Below are positions 38,402 to 49,581 of a stretch of DNA of 64,000 nucleotides, in pieces. How positions within the stretch are numbered: position 1 is the first letter of the stretch; the number at the start of each line of letters is the position of its first letter. This stretch comes from Myxococcota bacterium. Lineage in GTDB: Bacteria > Myxococcota_A > UBA796 > CAJQPC01. The notes beneath the pieces were generated by a model, which saw nothing but the letters and a program-made list of their open reading frames with translations, was not told where the DNA came from and searched no databases. Both the position numbers and the translations under genes were made by a program. The stretch covers positions 64,001-128,000 of the forward strand of contig JAZAMN010000008.1 of the NCBI GenBank assembly GCA_036229005.1. The letters run 5' to 3'.

Positions 38402-39148
38402 TCAGGGGGCCACCTGCTGCATCAGCCACAGCATCTCCCGCCCGATCTCCTCGCTCTTGGCCAGGTAGGTCGCGGTCTCGTCCGGGCTGCCGTCGCTGGC
38501 CTTGGGGTCCAGGTAGGGCAGGGACACGCGCAGCTCGGCCCCAGGCACGTAGGGGCAGCTCGCGTCCGCCTCCGAGCACACCATCACCGCCGCGAAGCCC
38601 TGGCTGGGGTTGTAGGCGTCGCCGAAGGTCTTTGAGAAGCCCCGCAGGTCCGGCAGCGCAGGCCCCAGGCTCGTCGCGTACACGGTGTTCTGCGACCCGA
38701 TGACCTCGCCGGTGGACGTGATGTGCATTCCGTGGGTCTGCAGGGCCCTCACTGCCCGAGGGTTGAACGCAGTGGCCTCCGTACCACCCGACCAGCTCTC
38801 CACCCCTTGGACCCCAAGCTGCTCGGCGGCCGCCTGAGCCCAGAGCTGCCCCATGTGGCTGCGGCGGGAGTTGTGCGTGCAGACGAACAGCAGGTGCGCA
38901 GGCTCTCCAGCGGCCTGCTTCTCGGCGATCCAGCCGGCCAGCTCACCCAGGGTCTCGCGGCGCTCGGCGCTCAGGGTGTCGGGGGCGTCCAGAGCGGACC
39001 AGCCATTCAGGGTCGCGGCCAGCTCGGGGTGCAGAGGAGAGGTCATCGGGGCCTCCAAAGCTGGGGCCTGCACCGCCTGGTCTGGCGGGGCCTCCACCAC
39101 CTGAGGGGACTTCGGCGCGCAAGCGAGGACAAGCTGGAGCAGGTTCAT
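38402..39148 (-). CDS. LMW-PTP/ArsC-like phosphatase/reductase with lipoprotein-like N-terminus
   Basis: P-loop FVCTHNSRRS, SGGTEATAFNPRA, CSEADASCP, YLDPK. Confidence 0.85.
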   Translation of the reverse strand: MNLLQLVLACAPKSPQVVEAPPDQAVQAPALEAPMTSPLHPELAATLNGWSALDAPDTLSAERRETLGELAGWIAEKQAAGEPAHLLFVCTHNSRRSHMGQLWAQAAAEQLGVQGVESWSGGTEATAFNPRAVRALQTHGMHITSTGEVIGSQNTVYATSLGPALPDLRGFSKTFGDAYNPSQGFAAVMVCSEADASCPYVPGAELRVSLPYLDPKASDGSPDETATYLAKSEEIGREMLWLMQQVAP

Positions 39149-39214
39149 CCGCCACTCCTATTCCTGCCGTCGTGACGCCCAGGTGGCGCGGTGGGGGCGA
39201 CTGCGAGTGTCGGG

Positions 39215-41053
39215 TCAGGCGGAGACTTCGTCCCGCGGCTCGATCACCCCGCGCCACAGCTCCTTCTGGAAGAAGAGCTCGACGGCGGCGTCCTCCACGT
39301 GGCCCTCGTCTGCCTCCGCGCGCAGGATGCTGTAGGCCCGGGACAGGCTCATGGCGGCCTTGTAGGGGCGATCGCTGGCGACCAGGGCGTCGAAGATGTC
39401 GGCGATGGTCATCAGGCGGGCGCCGTAGGGGATCTGCTGACCGCGCAGCCCCAGGGGATAGCCGGTGCCGTCCAGCTTCTCGTGGTGGGCGTGGGCCAGC
39501 TCGGGCACCCGCTTGAGGTCGCGGGTCCAGGGGATCACCTTGAGGAAGTTGTAGGTGTGGACCACGTGCATCTCGATGGCCTTGCGCTCTTCGGGATCCA
39601 AGCTGCCGCGGGGGATGCACAGGCGGGAGACGTCGCGCTTGCTGACCACGGGGGCGCCCAGCGACTCGATCACCCAGCGCTCCTGGATCACCTTGAGGCG
39701 GTCGACGTCCTTGTCCGTGAAGCGGTAGGCGGGCCGGTTCATGGTCTGGATCAGCGCCAGGTCGGCGTCGAGCTCGTCCAGGGCGATCTTGAGGCCGGCG
39801 CCGTCCTCTTCGGAGCGCATGCGCAGGACCTCCAGGCGGGACTGCATGGCGGCCAGCTTGAAGCGGCCCTCGATGCGCTCGAGCTCCCAGGGGTAGAGCT
39901 TGTCGGCCTTGAGGAGGATCTGCTCGGGGACGCCGACTTTCCCAAAGTCGTGGAGCAAGCTGGCATAATGCAGCTCTTCAAGCTCCTTTCCGGAGAAGCT
40001 CAGGTGGCGGAAGTCGGGCTCGTCGCTGCGGCTGACCTGCTCGGCCAGGCGGCGGGTGAGCTCGGCCACGCGGTTGCTGTGGCCGGCCGTGGCGGGATCG
40101 CGGGCCTCGATGACGGAGACGGAGGCGCGGATGAAGCCGTCGAAGAGGTTGCGGATGTCCTGGTAGAGCTTGTGGTTCTGCAGGGCGACCGCGGCCTGGG
40201 AGGCGATCGAGCGGGCCAGGTCGGCGTCGCGCTCGGTGAAGGGCAGCACGCGGTCGAAGCTGGCCAGCGGGACGCCCGGCACCGTCTTGCGGTTGTAGAG
40301 CCCGAGCACGCCCAGCACCTCGCCGTCCCGGTCGAGCATGGGGACGAGGAGCACGGAGCGGGTGTGGTAGCCCAACTTCTTGTCGTTGCGGTGGTTGGGC
40401 CGGTAGGGCGCATCGGGGGGCAGCGAGGCCAGGTCGTCCACGCGCAGGAGCTGGCCCCGGTTGGCCACGAAGCCGGCCAGGGAGCTGTCGTCGATGGGGA
40501 TGCGCTCGCGGTTGGGCTCGAAGGTGACCGTGTCGTTCTGGGCCGCGGCGAAGCGCAGGGTCTGGTCGTCTTCGACCAGGTAGACGGAGCCGCCGTCGGC
40601 GCGCAGGGCCCGGCGGGAGTGGGTCACGATCCGGTGCAGCAGATCGCTGGTCTCGGTCATGGCCGAGAGGCTGGCCCCGATCTCGTTCAGGATGTGGACG
40701 GTCTCGCGCTCCTCCCGGACCTGGGAGCGCAGGGACTCGAAGGCGACCAGGTTGCGGAGGGCGCGGGGCAGGCGCAGCTCTACGTCCTCTGGGGGGACCA
40801 CCTCGAAGCAGGCGAGGTCCTGGCGCGGTGAGATGGCGATCACGGTGTCGCCCAGCGCTTGCTGGACCATCATCACGCGGGTGAGATCCACCACCAGGAT
40901 CCGGCCGGCGACGTCTGCGGGGCTGGCGACGTCCACGGGCACGAAGCTGGCCCCAGCGCGCTCGGTCGCCTGTCGGGCGATCGCCGCGTAGGGGCTGCTC
41001 GCGGGGACCATCGCGACCTCGACGCGAGGCCGATCCAGGGAGGGAGTGCTCAT
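39215..41053 (-). CDS. GAF + HD-GYP cyclic-dinucleotide phosphodiesterase
   Basis: GAF (ADGGSVYLV, YHTRSVLLVPM); TAGHSNRV, LLHDFGK, HHEKLDGTGYP, ADIFDAL..DRPYK. Confidence 0.92.
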   Translation of the reverse strand: MSTPSLDRPRVEVAMVPASSPYAAIARQATERAGASFVPVDVASPADVAGRILVVDLTRVMMVQQALGDTVIAISPRQDLACFEVVPPEDVELRLPRALRNLVAFESLRSQVREERETVHILNEIGASLSAMTETSDLLHRIVTHSRRALRADGGSVYLVEDDQTLRFAAAQNDTVTFEPNRERIPIDDSSLAGFVANRGQLLRVDDLASLPPDAPYRPNHRNDKKLGYHTRSVLLVPMLDRDGEVLGVLGLYNRKTVPGVPLASFDRVLPFTERDADLARSIASQAAVALQNHKLYQDIRNLFDGFIRASVSVIEARDPATAGHSNRVAELTRRLAEQVSRSDEPDFRHLSFSGKELEELHYASLLHDFGKVGVPEQILLKADKLYPWELERIEGRFKLAAMQSRLEVLRMRSEEDGAGLKIALDELDADLALIQTMNRPAYRFTDKDVDRLKVIQERWVIESLGAPVVSKRDVSRLCIPRGSLDPEERKAIEMHVVHTYNFLKVIPWTRDLKRVPELAHAHHEKLDGTGYPLGLRGQQIPYGARLMTIADIFDALVASDRPYKAAMSLSRAYSILRAEADEGHVEDAAVELFFQKELWRGVIEPRDEVSA

Positions 41054-41165
41054 GGGCCGCTCAAGGGTAGCACCGGCAGCCAGAGTCTGCCCGCGGGCGG
41101 GAGTAGGCCCCAGAGCAGCGACGGCCGGCGCAGGGCCGACCGTCGAAGGCGCAGGGGCTTTTTGG

Positions 41166-41576
41166 TCAGCGCCGGCTGTTGCCGGTGCCGACCTTGGTGT
41201 TGCCGGTGGAGCCGCTGGAGCCGGTGGAGCCCGAGCCACGCCGACCGCTGCTTCCGCCGACGGCGGAGTTGTCGGTCTTGACGGTCCCAGAGGGCTTGGA
41301 GCGGGTGGTGGTCTTCTTGACCTCCTCGGTGGCCTCCTCGGCGGCCTCTTCGACCTCCTCAGCGGCCTCCTCAGCGGCCTCGGCGGCCTCGGCGGCGGCC
41401 TTCTCAGCCTCGGCGGCGGCCTCGGCGGCGGCCTTCTCGGCCTCGGCAGCGGCCTCGGCGGCCGCCTCCTGCACGTCGGGGAGCACCACCACCTCGGGCT
41501 CGGTGACCTCGCCACCGCAGGCCAGCGCGAGGGCAGCGCCGATCACGGCGAGGGGGGCGAGAACAGAACGCTTCAT
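41166..41576 (-). CDS. Ala/Glu-rich low-complexity lipoprotein
   Basis: Canonical signal MKRSVLAPLAVIGAALALAC; AAAEAEKAA repeats; GGAGG RBS. Confidence 0.75.
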   Translation of the reverse strand: MKRSVLAPLAVIGAALALACGGEVTEPEVVVLPDVQEAAAEAAAEAEKAAAEAAAEAEKAAAEAAEAAEEAAEEVEEAAEEATEEVKKTTTRSKPSGTVKTDNSAVGGSSGRRGSGSTGSSGSTGNTKVGTGNSRR

Positions 41577-41780
41577 CGATTCCTCCAGGACCAGGCAGAG
41601 AAGTGCCGGTCAAGTACTTGGACGGTGTACCGCGGCGTGAGGTTCCAAGGCAAGCGCATGCCGCTTTCGCGGGTGACATCGCGGCAACAGCCTGTCACCG
41701 CGATCGGCCCAATGCTTGCACTCAAAGCCCGGTGTGCTTAGACGGGCGCCCCATCCCTCAAACCAAAGCAGGAGGACGCG

Positions 41781-43862
<2,082 letters not shown>

Positions 43863-43895
43863 TTGAAGCCGAGGTCTTTTTCGCCCTCAGAAACA

Positions 43896-43928
43896 AGAAG
43901 ACCGGTCTCCACGGAGGCCGGTCTTTCT
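43896..43928 (+). terminator. intrinsic terminator after fusA
   Basis: AAGACCGGTCTCC-AC-GGAGGCCGGTCTT followed by TCT. Confidence 0.65.
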
Positions 43929-43944
43929 GCATGGAGACTCCGAG

Positions 43945-45174
43945 ATGTACACGAGCAACGACCGCAGCCCTCTGCGCGCATTCGAAGCCTCCACCCGCGG
44001 CGGACTGGCCGCCTCTGAGACCGGCGTAGTCGTCGGTCCCACCGGGGTGGGCAAGTCCCAGCTTCTGATCCACCTGGCCCTGGCGCGGCTGCTCGAAGAC
44101 GAGCAGGTGCTGCACATCAGCCTGGAGGACAGCGCTCCCCACATCCACAACCGCTACGCCGAGATCCTGGACGGCGTCTGCAAGCACGGCAACCTGCTCG
44201 GCCGCGAGCGGGAGCAGGCTCTGGTGCGCGCCGAGCGCAACCGCCAGATCTTGAGCATGCTGGACAAGCAGGGCGTCGGCGAGATCCGCGCCGCCCTGGA
44301 CTTTGCCCGCGACTTCATGCACATGCAGCCCAGCCTGCTGGTGGTCGAGGGCCTGGACGCCCAGGACGCCCAGGGTCTTCAGGTGCTGCGTGGCCTGGCC
44401 ACCGAGCGCCAGCTCGGGGTGTGGATCAGCACCTCCGGCCCCGTGGAGACCGGCGATTTCGACACCGTGGTCGAGCTCTCCCCCCAGGACCAGAAGGTCG
44501 AGCTGCGGGTCCGCAAGGTCCACGGCCGCCCCCTGTCCGAGCCCAGCGGCCTGCGCCTGGATCCCCGCACCATGCTCGTGGGCGCGGAGGACAGCTGGGA
44601 CCCCAACACGGCCCCCGCCTCGCCCAGCAGCGACGCCTGCACCCTCTACTCGGGGGGCGCGCCCGGCGCCGAGGCCTGCTTCGGCGAGAACGCCGACCGC
44701 TACGACCTGAGCGAGGTGAACTTCACCTTTGACGGCCACAAGCAGGCCCGCACCGACAACTCCCAGCTCCTCAGCCCCCGGGAGCTGGCCGCCGGCGACG
44801 TCTCGTTGGTCTACGTGTCCAAGCGCCTGGGCCGCAGCTACTCCGAGGGCAGCATGATCCGCAAGGTCCTGCAGTCCCTCTGGCACCAGGTCAGCCGCGC
44901 CGGCCAGGTGTTCGTGGTGGGCGCCATCCAGTCCGACGGCACCGTCACCGGCGGCACCGGCTGGTCCGTGGAGCTGGCCCGCATGTGGCACAAGAAGCTG
45001 TGGGTCTACGATCAGGAGCAGCGCGGCTGGTTCCACTGGTCCGGCGAGCGCTGGGTCGAGGGCGTGCCGGTCATCGAGAGCCAGCACTTCTGCGGCACGG
45101 GCACCCGCTCCCTGAACGAGGCGGGCCGCAAGGCCATCGCCTCGCTGTTCGACCGCAGCTTCGGCCAGCGCTGA
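43945..45174 (+). CDS. KaiC/RecA-like P-loop domain fused to a SLOG-like nucleotide-binding domain
   Basis: GPTGVGKS + LHISLE; C-terminal LYSGGAPGAE, GGTGWSVELA, GTGTR. Confidence 0.7.
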   Translation: MYTSNDRSPLRAFEASTRGGLAASETGVVVGPTGVGKSQLLIHLALARLLEDEQVLHISLEDSAPHIHNRYAEILDGVCKHGNLLGREREQALVRAERNRQILSMLDKQGVGEIRAALDFARDFMHMQPSLLVVEGLDAQDAQGLQVLRGLATERQLGVWISTSGPVETGDFDTVVELSPQDQKVELRVRKVHGRPLSEPSGLRLDPRTMLVGAEDSWDPNTAPASPSSDACTLYSGGAPGAEACFGENADRYDLSEVNFTFDGHKQARTDNSQLLSPRELAAGDVSLVYVSKRLGRSYSEGSMIRKVLQSLWHQVSRAGQVFVVGAIQSDGTVTGGTGWSVELARMWHKKLWVYDQEQRGWFHWSGERWVEGVPVIESQHFCGTGTRSLNEAGRKAIASLFDRSFGQR

Positions 45175-45206
45175 AGGGGACCAGCGCTGAAGGGGACCAG
45201 CGCTGA
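45165..45206. repeat. 16-bp tandem duplication (2.6 copies) spanning the stop codon
   Basis: CCAGCGCTGAAGGGGA x2 + CCAGCGCTGA. Confidence 0.85.
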
Positions 45207-45215
45207 GTCCGACGC

Positions 45216-47459
45216 TCAGCCGCAGAGGTCCCCGATCAGCTCCCGCAGCTCCTGCATGTCCGGGGGCTTGTGGAGCAGCGCCTGCGCCTGGGACAGGTCG
45301 GCCTCCGGCTCCAGGTAGCCGGTGAGGATCACCACGGGCAGCTCCGGGTAGCGCTCCTTGAGGTGGCCCAGCAGCTCCTCGCCGGACATGATGGGCATGG
45401 AGAGGTCCAGCACCGCCAGGTCCAGATCGGTCTGCTTTGCGAGCTGGAGGGCCTCCAGACCTCCCTCGGCCTCCGTGACCTGGTGGCCCCAGCGCGTCAG
45501 GTAGCGGCGGATCGCCCGACGGACCAGGGGCTGATCGTCGACCAGGAGGATGCGGAATCCCTCGGTCTCGTTTTCCTGGCTGGGGGCCCTGGGCGCCTTG
45601 ATCCGAGGCGTCGCGCCGGGCAGCTCGGCCACGAAGCTCGCCCCAGTGGGGGAGTTCTCCACCCGCAGCGTGCCCCCGTGGTCCCGCATGATCGACATGG
45701 CCGTGGCCAGCCCCAGCCCCGTGCCCTGCCCCTCGGGTTTGGTGGTCAGGAAGGGCTGCCCCAGGTTCTCGAGGATGCTCTCGGGGAGCCCGGGCCCGTT
45801 GTCCTCAACCCTCAGAGACCAGCGGCCCTCGGCACCCGCTGACAGTCGGATGCGTATGCGAGGTGCGGCGTGGCCCACGAGCGCATCCCGCGCGTTGAAC
45901 ACCAGGGTGAGCAGCACCTGCTGGAGCAGGGAGGCCTGTCCAGACACAGGGGCGCTGGGCACGCAGTCGACCTCGAGGGCGAGCTGGGTGGGCAGGCTGG
46001 TGCGCACCACGCTCACGGTCTGCTGGACCACCTTCGCCAGGTCCATGGGCTCCAGGTTGAGCTCCGGGCCCTGGCTGGCGATGAAGAGCATCTGGGATAC
46101 CAGCTCCTGGGCCCCCTTCGCGGCGGTCAGCGCGTCCTCCAGGTCCTCGGTACGCCCGCCCTCCAGCGCGGACTGGATGTTCGGGATGATCGCGGTGAGC
46201 GCGTTGTTGAAGTTGTGGGCGATGCCCGCGACCATCTCGGTCAGGGCTTCGCGGCGCTGGCTCTGGCGGAGCTGGGCCTCCAGCCGGCGGCTCTCGGTGA
46301 TGTCCAGGATCACGCCGTTCCAGTAGACCTGGTCGCCCTCCCGCCGGGGGCGGGCGCGCGCCTGCAGCCAGCGAACGGGCTCGCCTGGCTCGGAGAGGCT
46401 GAACTTCACGTCCAACTGGCCCTCGCCCTTGCGCAGCGTCTCTTGGATGCTCGCGGCCTGCTCCTTGGGGAGGTGCCCGAACTCCACGGGCCGCGGGCAG
46501 TCGGAGGCCGGTCGGCCCAGGATCTCCACGGAGCCCTTGGAGAGGTAGCGGTAGTGCGGCGTGGGGAAGGTGGCGAGCTTGAACACGATCCCAGGGACCG
46601 AGTTCACGATGCCTTGGAACTGGTCCTGGCTGCGCTCGAGCTCGAGCTGGGCGCGGTGGGCCTCGGTGATGTCGGTGAAGGTGACCACGGCCCGGCGCTC
46701 CATCCCGTCCATGGGCGGGAGCAGGACGGCGTTGGTGCTCACGCAGCGGGCGTGGGGCCCCTCGCGCACCCAGAGCACCTGATCGCGGACCGGCTGGCCC
46801 GTCGAGATCACCCGCACCGAGGGGATCTCGTGCCGGGCCAGCTTGCGGCCGTCGGCGTCCCGGAAGGCTAACATGGGGTCCAGGTTGTAGCGGCCCTCCA
46901 TCTCGTCTCGGGTCAGGCCCAGGGTCTGGCAGGCGGCGGGGTTGGCGCGCAGCACCTCGCCCTTGTCGGAGACCACGACCACGCCCTCGCTCATGGCCTC
47001 GATGATGGCCTCGAAGAGGGTCTCGGTGGCGCTGACGTGGTCCAGGGGAGCGGTGGGTTGCTGCGCCTGGTCGGCCTGCCCGGGCTCGGTGCGGTTGAAG
47101 GTGAGCACGCAGCCCTGGACGCTTCCGTCCTGGGCCAGGATGGGCAAGGCGCTGGAGCGGAGCCAGAAGAGCCCGTCCCGGTGGGGGTGGGGGTGGCCGA
47201 TGACCTTGCTGTGGGTGGCCAGGCCCTGGGTGAGGGCCTTGTGGATGATGCGCTCCTCCATCGGGAGCTCCTGGCCATCGATCCCATAGGCGCGCATGCT
47301 GGCCAGCGGCTGGTAGCCGGTCGGGGCGCTCATCAGGTGGGCGATCGCGCGGGCCTGGCTGTTCCCCATGATCAGCGCACCCTGTGGATCCAGGATGGCG
47401 ACGCCGATGTCCACGAGCTCAAGGAGAGGCTCGAGCGCTGTGAGGGTCGGTTCAGTCAC
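45216..47459 (-). CDS. multi-PAS hybrid histidine kinase
   Basis: Three PAS-like segments; GIAHNFNNAL, FNARDA, DNGPG, GTGLGL; REC LLVDD...VLDLSMP. Confidence 0.92.
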   Translation of the reverse strand: MTEPTLTALEPLLELVDIGVAILDPQGALIMGNSQARAIAHLMSAPTGYQPLASMRAYGIDGQELPMEERIIHKALTQGLATHSKVIGHPHPHRDGLFWLRSSALPILAQDGSVQGCVLTFNRTEPGQADQAQQPTAPLDHVSATETLFEAIIEAMSEGVVVVSDKGEVLRANPAACQTLGLTRDEMEGRYNLDPMLAFRDADGRKLARHEIPSVRVISTGQPVRDQVLWVREGPHARCVSTNAVLLPPMDGMERRAVVTFTDITEAHRAQLELERSQDQFQGIVNSVPGIVFKLATFPTPHYRYLSKGSVEILGRPASDCPRPVEFGHLPKEQAASIQETLRKGEGQLDVKFSLSEPGEPVRWLQARARPRREGDQVYWNGVILDITESRRLEAQLRQSQRREALTEMVAGIAHNFNNALTAIIPNIQSALEGGRTEDLEDALTAAKGAQELVSQMLFIASQGPELNLEPMDLAKVVQQTVSVVRTSLPTQLALEVDCVPSAPVSGQASLLQQVLLTLVFNARDALVGHAAPRIRIRLSAGAEGRWSLRVEDNGPGLPESILENLGQPFLTTKPEGQGTGLGLATAMSIMRDHGGTLRVENSPTGASFVAELPGATPRIKAPRAPSQENETEGFRILLVDDQPLVRRAIRRYLTRWGHQVTEAEGGLEALQLAKQTDLDLAVLDLSMPIMSGEELLGHLKERYPELPVVILTGYLEPEADLSQAQALLHKPPDMQELRELIGDLCG

Positions 47460-47520
47460 GGGCTGATCAAAGCCGAATGCAAGCCATCTTTCAACGGCAA
47501 ACGGCCGATTTCATGAGATT

Positions 47521-48690
47521 TCAACCTGGACTCGAGGCAGCCAGCTTCGCGGTGCGGAGCTCGCCCTGGGGCCGGATCAGCCAGCGCGAGGGGTGCGGGC
47601 GTGCAGGGTTGGTGCCGGGTCTGTGCAGCCAGTCGGTGTCCTCGCCGCGGATCCAGGCGGCCAGCGCCTGCCCCACACCCACCGAGCAGGTCACCCCGAA
47701 GCCCCCCAACCCCGCAGCCCACCAGAGGTCGGGGCGCTCGGGGTCCGCGCCCAGCACGGGGCGGCGGTCCGGGGCGAAGGTGCGCAGGCCGGTCCAGCCT
47801 CGGCGGGGCTGCAGGTCGGCCAGCGCGGGCATGTAGCGCTGGAGCTTCTCGGCCAGCAGGTCGGTGGTGCGCTCGGGCAGGGGGCCCTGGGTCTCCAGAG
47901 CCTGGGGGTCGGGGTAGTCCAGGGCCTCGTCGCAGGCGCTGACCAGCACGCCCTCACCCTCGGGGCGGATGTAGAGGCCGATGTCGTCGATCCAGGTCCA
48001 GGGGTGGTCCCGGGTGACGAGGGGGTGGGGGGCGGCGTACATCAGGGCCCTCCTCACCGGCACCAGAGGGCGGCGCAGGCCCGCGCGGCGGGCCAGATCC
48101 CAGGACCATGCCCCGCCAGCGAGGACCGTGGTCTGCGCCTCGATGACCTCGCCGGTGGACAGGGTGACGGCGCCTGCTGTGAGCCCAGTGACCCGGGCGT
48201 TGCACCGCAGGGTGCCCCCCATGCGCCGCAGACCCGTCAGGAACCCCTGCAAGAGCCCGTGAGGGTCGACGACGCGCTCCTGGGGCAGGTGCCACGCGCT
48301 GACGATGGGCGCGCCGCGGAGGGCGGGGGCGATGGCGGCGGGGTCGCGCACCGCGTGGAGCTCCAGGCCCTTGGCGGCCAGGTGGGCGGCGGCGTCGTGC
48401 AGGTGCTCGGGGTCGGAGTGCAGGGCCATGACGGCCCCGGTGACCCGGGAGGGGTTGTGCTCCCAGTCGGCGGGCAGGGGGCCGGACAGGAAGTCGTGGG
48501 TGCGGACGGCCAGGGCGCGCTCGTAGGGGTCTTCGCCCATGCGGCGCAGCATGCCGGCGTTCTGGGCGCTGGCCTGGCTGCCGGGGGTGGGGCCCTGCTC
48601 CAGGACCAGGACGCGGTGGGTGGGGGCCAGGTGCCAGGCGACGCTGAGGCCCGCCAGCCCGCCGCCGACCACCACGACCTGTGGGCTCAT
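47521..48690 (-). CDS. FAD-dependent oxidoreductase (DAO/sarcosine-oxidase family)
   Basis: VVVVGGGLAG, ASAQNAG, WTGLRTFAPDRRPVLG, GLGGFG. Confidence 0.9.
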   Translation of the reverse strand: MSPQVVVVGGGLAGLSVAWHLAPTHRVLVLEQGPTPGSQASAQNAGMLRRMGEDPYERALAVRTHDFLSGPLPADWEHNPSRVTGAVMALHSDPEHLHDAAAHLAAKGLELHAVRDPAAIAPALRGAPIVSAWHLPQERVVDPHGLLQGFLTGLRRMGGTLRCNARVTGLTAGAVTLSTGEVIEAQTTVLAGGAWSWDLARRAGLRRPLVPVRRALMYAAPHPLVTRDHPWTWIDDIGLYIRPEGEGVLVSACDEALDYPDPQALETQGPLPERTTDLLAEKLQRYMPALADLQPRRGWTGLRTFAPDRRPVLGADPERPDLWWAAGLGGFGVTCSVGVGQALAAWIRGEDTDWLHRPGTNPARPHPSRWLIRPQGELRTAKLAASSPG

Positions 48691-49517
48691 GCGATGGGCC
48701 GCAGGGTGCCGATGCGCTGTCCGACCTTGACCTTCTGGTCCTTCTCGAGCTCCCAGTCCACGCTGCCCTTCTCCATGCACAGGATGACGGTGCTGCCCAG
48801 GTTGAAGCGGCCGGCTTCGTCCCCGCGGCGCACGGGCTGGGGCGGGTCGCAGTCCAGCTTGGACTCCACGCCGTCGGTGTTCGTGACCACGGGGCCGTGC
48901 TCACAGGTCATGCGGCCCACCCCGTAGGCGGCCACCAGCACCATGGCGATGCGGCCGTGGGCCTGGGTGTCGACGAAGAGGGTGAGGCGCTCGTTGACGG
49001 CGAACAGGCCGGGGACCTTGCGGGTGGCGGCCTCGAACACGGGCCAGAACTGGCCGGGCAGGTAGTGGTAGCCGGCGACCTGGCCGTCCGCGCAGTGGTG
49101 CACCCGGTGGTAGTCCTGGGGGCTCAGGTAGAGGATGGCGAAGTGGCCGCCCTTGTAGCGCTCGTCGCCGCCCACGAGCTGGGTGACGTCGAAGTCCATG
49201 CCAGCGGACTCGGGCAGGTGGCCGTCCGGCTTGACGTCGCCGAAGGCGTAGACCCGGCTGTCGCTGGGGCTGACCAGAGCCTCTGGCGTGGGGTCGATGG
49301 GGCGCATGCCCGGCTTGAGGGGCCGGACGAAGAACTCCTGCAGGGAGGGGTAGTCGTCGATCCCGCCGACCATCTCGTCGGTGTTGACCTGATACTTACC
49401 GGCGTACCAGCGGATGATGTGGCGGGAGAGTCCGCTGCGGCCAACCACGCCTTGAAGCTTGGATCCCAAGCGCTTGGGGACCAGGGAGAGGAGGGTGACG
49501 ATCAGGGAGTCGTTCAT
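48687..49517 (-). CDS. psd: phosphatidylserine decarboxylase
   Basis: FFVRPLKPGMRPI, SPSDS, YLSPQDYHRVH, NER, FNLGSTV (LGST cleavage motif). Confidence 0.95.
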   Translation of the reverse strand: MNDSLIVTLLSLVPKRLGSKLQGVVGRSGLSRHIIRWYAGKYQVNTDEMVGGIDDYPSLQEFFVRPLKPGMRPIDPTPEALVSPSDSRVYAFGDVKPDGHLPESAGMDFDVTQLVGGDERYKGGHFAILYLSPQDYHRVHHCADGQVAGYHYLPGQFWPVFEAATRKVPGLFAVNERLTLFVDTQAHGRIAMVLVAAYGVGRMTCEHGPVVTNTDGVESKLDCDPPQPVRRGDEAGRFNLGSTVILCMEKGSVDWELEKDQKVKVGQRIGTLRPIA

Positions 49518-49581
49518 AGGCCGGGCTCCTAACCCGGAAGCGGGGCGGTAGTCTCACCTCCAGTTCACTGGAGTCTCCGTC

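Noticed and set aside
45165..45206. 16-bp tandem repeat as a functional element
   Set aside because: Most simply a local slippage duplication around a stop codon; no further copies seen.
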